Assembly: GCF_006345805.1 (NCBI RefSeq)
Contig: NC_043006.1
Location: 97,650,001 to 97,714,000 of the forward strand
Length of the DNA stretch: 64,000 bases
Reading direction: 5' to 3'
DNA from: Octopus sinensis
Lineage: Eukaryota
The translations under genes were made by a program, and so were the position numbers. Numbering within the stretch: position 1 is the stretch's first letter; every line of letters begins with the position of its first letter. The notes under the pieces are model-generated. The model was not told the DNA's origin, did not search any database, and saw only the letters and a list, made by a program, of their open reading frames with translations. This document shows positions 54,675 to 64,000 of this stretch, piece by piece.

Positions 54675-55085
54675 GGCGCAGGAGTGGCTGTGTGGTAAGT
54701 AGCTTGCTAACCAGCCACATTGTTCCGGGTTCAGTCCCACTGCGTGGCATCTTGGGCAAGTGTCTTCTGCTATAGCTCCGGGCCGACCAATGCCTTGTGA
54801 GTGGATTTGGTAGACGGAAACTGAAAGAAGCCTGTCGTATATATGTATATATATATATGTATGTGTTTGTGTGTCTGTGTTTGTCCCCCTAGCATTGCTT
54901 GACAACCGATGCTGGTGTGTTTACGTCCCCGTAACTTAGCGGTTCGGCAAAAGAGACCGATAGAATAAGTACTGGGCTTACAAAGAATAAGTCCCGGGGT
55001 CGATTTGCTCGACTAAAGGCGGTGCTCCAGCATGGCCGCAGTCAAATGACTGAAACAAGTAAAAGAGTAAAAGAGTAAAGAGAGT
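54675..55085 (+). mobile_element. Full-length SINE family A
   Basis: As for 25997-26408. Confidence 0.9.
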
Positions 55086-58000
55086 ATGTGCTTCACTTAA
55101 AAAGAAAAAGAAAAGGAAAAAGAAAATTCTTAAATCTTCAAATAAAACTTCGAATCTTGAAGAGAATAACCGTCCAGTTTCATATAAATATTTGTCTAAT
55201 TCGACCACTACACAAATATCGAAGTAAAATGAAATGTATCTTTTTTTCATAAATAGAAAAAATGAGCAAAACTTTTGCATTCAAATCTCACTTTTAAAGA
55301 AAATTACCTAAATCTGCTAAGAATCTAGCAACAAAACTAAGTAATCCGTAAAAAATGGGTGTAAATATGATAAATTACGCCAGCATAGAGACATTTATCT
55401 TCATGGAGTAATTCCAGGCCAGTTGTTATAACGTTTAATGCTTCAGCTCACAAGTTAACAGATGAAATCATTGCTTAATCACTTCTGAATTCATGATAAT
55501 AGAAACACTCAATGATTGTTGCAAAGAACTCTCACTTCTTTGAAATAAGTATAATTTTGCATGCTAAAATTCCATTGTCTTTTATAGAAATAGTATATGA
55601 ATGAAAGAGTCATCCAATATTTCTTTCGATATTAATATGGGTTCGACGCATTCGCCAGAGTTAGGTTCTATCATGGTACTCTAAGTATACTGTTTATACA
55701 GTGTTTCTTTCTACGCCTGACGATGGTCAACTCAGAAATATCGAAAATACCAATCTGAGAAATTTAAGAACGCAATTTCTTTAAAGAATTCGACGTATAA
55801 TTTACATCTTAAAATCGTCAACTTTCTCAGTGTGTCTATCAACTTACACAATTCACAATTAACCACATGTTTACTGTTCAATTATCAAAAATATATACGT
55901 CTGCATCTTACATTAGAATGATAGCAAATCAATCAGAACGTTTATCCATTCAGCATAAAACTACATTTCATAATCACCTTAGAAGTGTTCAGATTATTTT
56001 CTCCAGATTTGCGACGTTTATTACAGATAGGAATTTAAGTTATGGTTTTAGACGGAAATTAATTTGCTTTGGCAGACCTTACAACCATCCAAGTGGGCCT
56101 TATTCGCATTGTGTTTCTGAAGTGTATTTATTGTCTTCACAACTTTTCTCAATCCAAATTCTCATTTAAATTTCTACATTTATACGCTTAAAATAAGAAA
56201 CATTTTATTAGACAACGAAAGATGAAAATTACTAGTGGGAGTGGCTTTCTCCTTCGTAATAAAATATCAATGGAAAATATGATAATAATTTTGGGAAAAA
56301 TAAGATACAAAGGATCATCTATTCGCTATGAGAAGATTCATTGTGTTGTCTCTCCAAGACTAAAGATTCAACATCTTACGCCCTCCTCAAAATATTTTAA
56401 TTATTTGAAATTCTTTTTAGTTTTATGAACTTCTAAAATAATGTTTTAATATAAATTTTGTTGTGTCCTGACTCTTATAAACCAAATACCAAAACAAAGT
56501 TTAATATAAATGTTTGATAAATAACTCATATTTTTTCATTCGTTATTTCATTCATCTCATTGCTTCCTCTCATACTATATAATCAACACTGTACCCCAAC
56601 AAACCAAACTGCATCTCTTCTCTTCCTCACAGTCCTTCTTTTTCATGCACTATGCTTATGCTTATCTCTTGCTCCCCAATCTTGTCCTCACTGCCCTGCT
56701 CTCTGTATCATTGCTACACCCCCTCCACATACCCAGTTTTCACCAGTCACTATATTACTCACCGCAGCAAGTTTTACTCCCAACTCATGCACCTTTGACA
56801 ATACACGATTAATTATATTCTGATCCCTGTGGTATTCCCAGGTACTTTGTCACCATCTCTCTCTCTCTCTCTCTTGCCTTACTTTACCATCCCATTTATA
56901 TTCTGAACAACATTCCTTGTGAACATACTCTGGCACTTTGCTACCATCTCTAAAATCAATTGCTGCAAAAAAGTGCCTTTGAATTTTCACTCTACCTATT
57001 AGAAAGAGAAACTGAATCCACCCCTATTCCTCCATTTTAAAAGAGAACGGACAAAGTAGACAATGTAGTCCTAAATATATAAAAACATGAGTTAGGAATT
57101 TCTTTGGTTACAGATATATTTAATCAGAAATTACTCGGGGCTAAATGACAACTATACATTAAATACGTATACGTTTCCAAGAGAGAGAGAAAAATGCTGT
57201 ATCGAAATCCCCCGCAATCACAGAGGGAGGTGGGGAATCCTAATGAATGGAGTCCAAAATTTGGCTTCCATTCGGCTCCCGATAAAAAGCATTGGATCTA
57301 ACATTTATGACTGACAATATTTGATTTTCTCGCCTGGGTATCTTTGTAGCGAATCTTGTGAAATATTTAAGTCATGTTTAAGCCCTCTATTTATCCTATC
57401 TTGTATTGCTATCCTTGCTATCACCAAGAATAATATTCACGATGCCATCACAACTTAAAGCAAATATATTCTTACCAATAAAATGTTTGAATTACAGACA
57501 ATACATATAAAGGAATTCTTTTAAATAAGCAAAATAACCTTTGCAAATTGGTTTTCAAAGTAGAATTCTCTCGATATATAATAGAGATGACAGCATGAAA
57601 ACGTACATGGAAGAATAACTAAATTGGTCAGATCTCTTAAATACTGAGTCGTAAAGAAGCACAGCATTTACAACTAAAGCCAGTCATTTCCTAAAACAAA
57701 TATTCTGTATCGGTTTTCATTAAGCTAAAATATTCACGCCATTACAACTATGTATAAGTGCATTTATGGCAGGATATACTTCAAAATACACCAACAAAAG
57801 CGATCTACGTAGGAATCTACTTTATGATTGACCTATGAAACACCACAAATGGACAGTATTCTAGTGATCTCTCAGATATTTCCTTTTATCTATAAATCTC
57901 ATTTCTCTTTTATAGAGTAAATAAATAAAATGAATCTGAACAAATAAAACAAACAAAAATGTATTGGCATTATTAACATTTAACTTTAGTTCAAAACTGT

Positions 58001-59164
58001 TCACGAGTAATGTTTAATAGCGTTTGAAGTAATGGAGAGCATACAGTCAGAGTGGTGATTTGGTTTTGAGCTATAAAGTCATACTGAAGTGTCAAGACAG
58101 AATAAACTCCACCATGTACAAATGGTACTATTTTATGCGAAGGTGTACGGTCTCGTGATTAGGAGGTTGGGATCTCGAACGAAGGTTCAAGTTCTGCATA
58201 GGATTGCCGCATTTTGCTTTTGAGTAAGGCGTTATATTTCACATTCATTCAGTCTATACAATTGCAAATAAATACCAGCCTAGTGTTGATACATCCGCCA
58301 GCCCTTCCAACCTACACATTACATTCTCAAAGAACAAGTACCACCAAGAGGGCTTTTACAAGTTCACTCCACCTACTAGAAATAGCAACTGGTTTAACTA
58401 GAATTTCAGAACAGGACGTTCAAAGGACGTCTATATGTCTGAAGAGACCTCGTTGTTCTGCTCCTGTTGGCGTTTAGACAGCTGCAAGTCTGAAGGCACC
58501 CGCTTTGTTGCCGCTCACATACAGGACTACGAACTTATCTCCTGGAGCCATTAAGTACCATCAAAACTGGACCCTTCTGAAACAGCAGAACTATTCTACC
58601 TCCTAATTCCATTCGATTTAAATATGCTTATTTGTGTCGAAAGAAAATGAGCGAGAAACTTCGTCGCTCAGAAACTTTGATCACGCTGCTGGCTGCCGCA
58701 TTTATATCTAGAGCTGAAGTTGTTGAACAGGTGGAATTTGTCCATTCAAACGGATAAAAAAGATAAAACATAATAAGCCAAAAAACTAATCGGTCTATCA
58801 TGTCCATTTGAAATTAGAATTGTGAGGAAAGCAGATGAAAATTTGGATAATTAGAACCCCTTAAAATTTGTGATTGCGAAATTTGAAACAAAAAATCAGT
58901 AATTATTGAACCTACGGTAAATGATGCATCAAAGACTTTGAGTGATGAAATTGGCAAATGGATACAAGGAGCAAGGATGAAAACTCCTGCATAGCTTCCA
59001 CCGAAGGTTTACCTGTTGGAAGAGTAAAACATCATCAGAGGGTTTTTTTGAGCATATGACAGCGAATAGAAATCACAGGAATATCTGCTCGCTTGATTCC
59101 AGGATCGTAAAGAAGAAGACGAAAAAAATATAATCCTTTATAATTTGAAATAAGAAGAATTTAA

Positions 59165-59392
59165 AGTATGAAAATTGTAAAGGTCGTGCCTATGATAATT
59201 GGGGCACTGGGAAAAATAGGCAAATATATAGACAAGTGGCTAAAGGAGATTGGGATAGAGTGTCCTGCTGAGCTCCTACAGAAAGTTTGTCTTTTAGGGA
59301 GAGCAAGGATTATCAGGAGGGTTCTAAGCACTTGAAAGACTACTGAAAACTTGTGGACAACTACGGTTACATTTAGTAATGCAATACTCATA
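59165..59392 (+). mobile_element. R4/Dong-like RLE retrotransposon 3' fragment 1
   Basis: KVVPMIIGALGKIG..WLKEIGIECPAELLQKVCLLGRARIIRRVLST*; followed by (ATA)n. Confidence 0.75.
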
Positions 59393-59410
59393 TAATAATA
59401 ATAAGAAGAA

Positions 59411-59986
59411 TGATCTATTTTGGAGTTTTGTGGACACCACGCCCTACAAAGAGCAAGGACGTGGTATGAACACACCTCAGAAGGCGTCATCGAGTATGAA
59501 AATTGAAAACTCTTGTGGGATGCAAGGATTCAGTGTGATCGCTTGACTAAACATCGGAAATCGTTGTGGTGGAAAAAAAGAACATGCATGATAATCGATA
59601 TAGCATGTCCCAGTCGCAACCGAATCAAAGAGAAAAACGAAAAACCGAACAATTATGATGATTTGCAGTAGGAAATACTTCAAATCGTCATAATTGCTCG
59701 TTATAACGATTATGACGATTTTAAATAGAATGCTTGTGGTCAATAGGGAGAGTAAACGTGGTACCAATAGTAATTGGCACACTTGGAAATATCATAGATT
59801 GAAAAGATTGGTACAAATGCAAAAGTTGTATACTTACAAAAATCAGCATTGCTTGGAACTTCGTAGGGTTGAAGCATGACCAATAAACAAGTGTCACCTT
59901 AGTCTGCTGGCTATGGACAGCTGTCACTGTGCACCATACCCAGCAAAATAAGCTGTGCGGTTGCATCCAACGACAACAACAACTAC
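59411..59986 (+). mobile_element. R4/Dong-like RLE fragment 2 (degenerate)
   Basis: WYEHT.EGVIEYEN..LLWD..IQCD, CMIIDIACP; 3' UTR similar to fragment 4; ends in (AAC/AAT)n. Confidence 0.65.
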
Positions 59987-60000
59987 AATAATAATAATAA

Positions 60001-60525
60001 TGGAAGGTAAAAATATGGCTATCCTCTGGGATTTTCCAGTCAACACTGAGAGAACGTACCAGGCTAATCAACCAAACTTAATTACTAATAGATGTAGACA
60101 AATAGATGCATGTGTTCCCACTGATGAAAATATATTTGTAAAGGAATTTGACAAATTATGTAAATATAGGGATCTGGAAATTGAAATGCAAAAGATGTGG
60201 CATCTTAAATCGAGAACTGTACCTGTTATAGTCGGTTCCCGGGCATGATAAAAAGAGGGGATGTCAGAAACATCGAGATAAGATCCCAGGAGAACCGTGT
60301 CTCTGAAATTCCAAAGATTGTGCTGACAAGTACTGCTCACATCATTAGAAATACCTCATCCATTTAAACGTCTGTTGTACTACATGAACGCATTTCACTA
60401 CTGCTCCTGGCACTTCCCCTCGCTAAGTTTTCCGTCGTACGGTAACATCTCTTATCCTTCACTCGCCTCACGCCGCTGGATGTGTCTCGGCAAGTGACTG
60501 TAATAGAAATGCAGATTAAAAGTAA
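60001..60525 (+). mobile_element. R4/Dong-like RLE fragment 3
   Basis: ILWDFPVNTERTYQANQPNL...IDACVPTDENIFVKEFDKLCKYRDLEIEMQKMWHL...VPVIVG; (AAT)n on both sides. Confidence 0.75.
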
Positions 60526-60563
60526 ATAATAATGATAATAACAACAACAACAACAGCAATAAC

Positions 60564-60655
<92 letters not shown>

Positions 60656-60669
60656 TAATAATAATAATG

Positions 60670-61665
60670 AACATTTAGTAAAATCTCCATGTAAAAAATG
60701 CCACAGAACCGATATTATTAGAAGTAAGAAGGTCAGGCTATGGGTAGGATGAAAGATTGCAAAGATAAAGCACCATAGAAGAAATTGAAAACGAATGAAA
60801 CTGAAAATATATAGGTAAAGAAAAGAATGCATGGACAATTTCATAGGGATGTTAAAAATAAGACAAACGGAGAAAAAAGTGGCTGTGGATGAGAAAAATT
60901 GATTTAAAATCGGAAACGGAGGCTCTAATCTGTGCTGTCCAAGAGCAAGCACTAAGAACAAACTACATAAAATACAGAATAGACAACACATCAGAAAGTG
61001 ATAAGTGATAAGTGTGGACAAAAGGGTGAAACCGAATGGCATATTACCAGCCAATGTACGCCACTAGCCCAGAAGGAATATAAGAGACGCCACGACAATA
61101 TAGCAAGGCTTGTTCATTGGACACTTTGAAAGAATTATGGACTTGACAGAATAAAAATTGGTACGACCACAGTCCTGAAGGCATCGTCGAAAATAGAAAT
61201 GCAATGGTCCTATGAGATTTTATGATTCAGTGCCACCATGAGATAGAGAATAGGAAGCCAGATATAGTCTTAATTGAGAAAGAAAATAAACTATGCTGGT
61301 TCATAGATATAGCATGCCCAGTTGACAACAAGGTATGCCTTAAGGAAGAAAGAAAAGTCGAGAGATATGACAGGTTAGCTTGGGAAGTTAAGCAGATGTG
61401 GTCGATGAAAAAGGTAACAGCAATGCCAATAATTGTCGGTGCCTTGGGAACAGTGAGAAAAACTCTCGAAGAGTACGTGAGACAAATAGGGGCTGCAATG
61501 GGGGTGGAGCACTTGCAATATGGGTAGATCACTGCTTGGAACCGCTCGAATACTCCGGAAGGTGTTCGAAAAATAAGAGATGTTACCTTAGTTCACTGGT
61601 AGTGAACAGCTGCAACCGTAGTACATATCCAGAATTAGAAGCTGTGCAATTGCAAATAAAAAAAA
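60670..61665 (+). mobile_element. R4/Dong-like RLE fragment 4 (zinc knuckle plus RLE)
   Basis: MHGQF, LKSETEALICAVQEQALRTN, KGETEWHITSQC, KRRHDNIARLVHW, RKPDIVLIEK...FIDIACP.DN...K..RY..L (PD-(D/E)xK); (AAT)n on both sides. Confidence 0.85.
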
Positions 61666-61695
61666 ATATTGATGATGATGATCATCATCATCGTC

Positions 61696-61740
<45 letters not shown>

Positions 61741-61744
<4 letters not shown>

Positions 61745-61866
61745 CATCAGAAAGTGATAAGTGATAAGTGCGGACAAAATGGTGAAACCGTATGGCATAT
61801 TACCAGCCAATGTATGCCGTTAGCCCAGAAGGAATATAAGGGACGCCACGACAATATAGCAAGGTT
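61741..61866 (+). mobile_element. Short duplicate of the zinc-knuckle segment of fragment 4
   Basis: Matches ~60986-61110, including the shared agtgataagtgataagtg duplication. Confidence 0.8.
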
Positions 61867-61869
61867 TGA

Positions 61870-62011
61870 TCATTGTTCGTGTGTCATATAGCTAATCAGC
61901 GACAGCTTTAGTCTTATTTATAGACTGCCATATTAGTATGGCGATAACTATTAATATCCAGTAACGCTGCCGTAATCTCCTTTAGAGATACTTAGTAATT
62001 TTAATATTTCT

Positions 62012-62015
<4 letters not shown>
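61870..62015 (+). repeat. Junction-spanning copy of the 363-nt ribozyme-bearing repeat
   Basis: Reverse complement equals 24335-24405 joined seamlessly to 24031-24142, with a 27-bp deletion. Confidence 0.8.
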
Positions 62016-62085
<70 letters not shown>

Positions 62086-63053
62086 GTGTATAGTCACTGT
62101 TTTGAAGAATACAAGTTCCGCTATAACGGTAGTGTAATGAAAACTGTGTTGAATTTTCCCTAGTTGATTGGTTAGGTTTGTATTTGAAGGTAGTGAAACG
62201 TTTTTCAGACTCCATATGTATAGTTTTCTCTCCTTAGTGAGAGGAAACCTAAATATATTTATGCGTTTATTTGATTTCTTTAATTATTCTTTTAGTCACA
62301 GCCCTTAATATTTTAACATTCGTGGGTTATGATTATGTTGGATCTTTTCGGCACATGGTGGTTATGATAAGAACACTATTAAACATTATATCATATTAAA
62401 TTAAATTATTAACTTTTTGGCAGGAGAAGGATGCATAACGTAGATATTTCACATATGTTTTGCGCGTCTGTAGTAAATGATCTTCGTCGCTCCAAGCAAT
62501 GACATTATTTTACGACGTACTGAAGCTGTTTATTTTGAAAATCCTTAGAAATATTTCATGTTGATTTTTATGTTTTCTACATCACTGCTTTAGTTACTCT
62601 ACTCTTCTATTAGTTGGAACATTTCATTTTATTTCTATTTCTGTGAGTGACATTCTTAATGTGTTTTCTTTACGGTTATTTGTCCATTTAATCGATTTGA
62701 GACCTTTGTTCTTTATTTGATGGGCATTTGTTTTGGAGAACGTTTATTTTCTGTTCTTTGGGCTTTCTCTGTAAGACATATTTAATGCATATAGCTTGAT
62801 TCGTTGACTTAAACTGCTTTAACTTTCCAAAATACACAAAGGGAATAACGTGTCTGTTCGGTTTGATGGTCTCTTTCTTAATTTATATCCAGTTAAATTT
62901 CTAGAAATTTAGTTTCACCGGAGTTAGAATATTTTTGCGTTTTACATAATTTATTCTGGAACAAATATTGATATCGTACAGTCAGAGGAAAATGTATTAG
63001 TCCCCTTAATTATGTGGAAGGTTTAGACCCTTTTTATAAAACAGTGATAGAAG

Positions 63054-63055
<2 letters not shown>

Positions 63056-63136
<81 letters not shown>
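63056..63136. repeat. (TG)n microsatellite
   Basis: Seen directly. Confidence 0.95.
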
Positions 63137-63139
<3 letters not shown>

Positions 63140-64000
63140 TGCGTGCGTGCGCGCATGTTTCATATCAGGTGAGATTAAGGACGTTCTGTTCCAGAAACCT
63201 CATGATGTTAAAATTAAGTGAGTATTTTCCTCCAGAAGCTTACTGTGATAATTCTGAGAGAGAGGGAGAGATAGAAAGAGAGAAGAAGTGAGAGAGACAG
63301 AGGGAGAGACATCGAGAGAAATAAACATAGAGAGAGACACATTTATATTTGGAAAGATTGTTCGCCTGAAAAAATTTGGTTAAATTTCCCCGTTTATTTT
63401 GATCTCTTACCATATCTAATACCATGGCTCGAGCTCTTTTAGTGGTAATATGTTATTCATATAACTATGCTGAAATAATATGCATGTGCTCTCTGCGTGC
63501 AGCTGCTCTGGTGTCACATATTCGCAATCTTTTGTGGTAGCATCCTCATGCATTATTTCTATCTTGTCAGTATGAGAAATGACGCATTCCTTAGTCTCTA
63601 CATATCCGCATTTTGCATGATTGCTTCAATATACTTCTGCAAGTGCAACGCACATTGATTGAATATACGTGTAAATTATAGTTCAGTAGAGAATTTTGCT
63701 CCGATTATTCAACTGTAATAGATTAGTAGAATTCTTATTATATTAGAGAATGATAACTTTAGTACTATTGCGTATCGGCGTAAATAGATTCGTCTATGAG
63801 GGTGTCGTAACAGATGAAACTTCTATAATATTCTTCGCACCAAATTTGATAAAGGCGTTCGTTCTTTTACTTCTGCTACTGCTTAAAATTTGATGGAGAC
63901 AATTTGTCTGCATTCTAATTATTACAATTCATATTCTGAATTTTTTTCAATATTCCATATGATACTGACTCTGAGATGATTCTATTTTGCGGTTCTGCAA

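Noticed and set aside
55712-55760. CTGACGA...GAAA string
   Set aside because: No helix I or helix III complementarity.
63420-63640. ~70-codon open frame on the minus strand (CGYVETKECVISHTDK...)
   Set aside because: No start codon, no convincing acceptor and no recognisable domain; it cannot be supported as an exon without RNA-seq or homology.

Overview
AT-rich, microsatellite-dense eukaryotic DNA with no host protein-coding exon I can support. The SINE and microsatellite landscape looks like an octopus (coleoid cephalopod) genome; this is inferred from recognition, not from a database search. The window is a transposable-element graveyard. It holds a full-length but broken mariner (5530-6802), further mariner/maT relics and a mariner MITE. 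It also holds Penelope-like elements (PLEs), RTE, CR1, Tx1/L1 and RLE-type (R4/Dong-like) LINE fragments, a Helentron-type non-autonomous element and many tRNA-derived SINEs. Almost all long ORFs in the track are microsatellite artefacts. The main hidden signal is about 13 hammerhead-ribozyme (HHR) motifs from several unrelated short repeat families. Their catalytic 3-8 base pair occurs as C-G, U-A and G-C, and most have palindromic helix III. One sits in a 363-nt circularly permuted, retrozyme-like monomer. Second, a Tx1-clade LINE is repeatedly embedded in (TATC)n tracts, next to a 302-bp captured copy of flanking DNA. A parallel nest of R4/Dong-like copies sits in (TAA)n tracts. Third, there are many fold-back inverted repeats.
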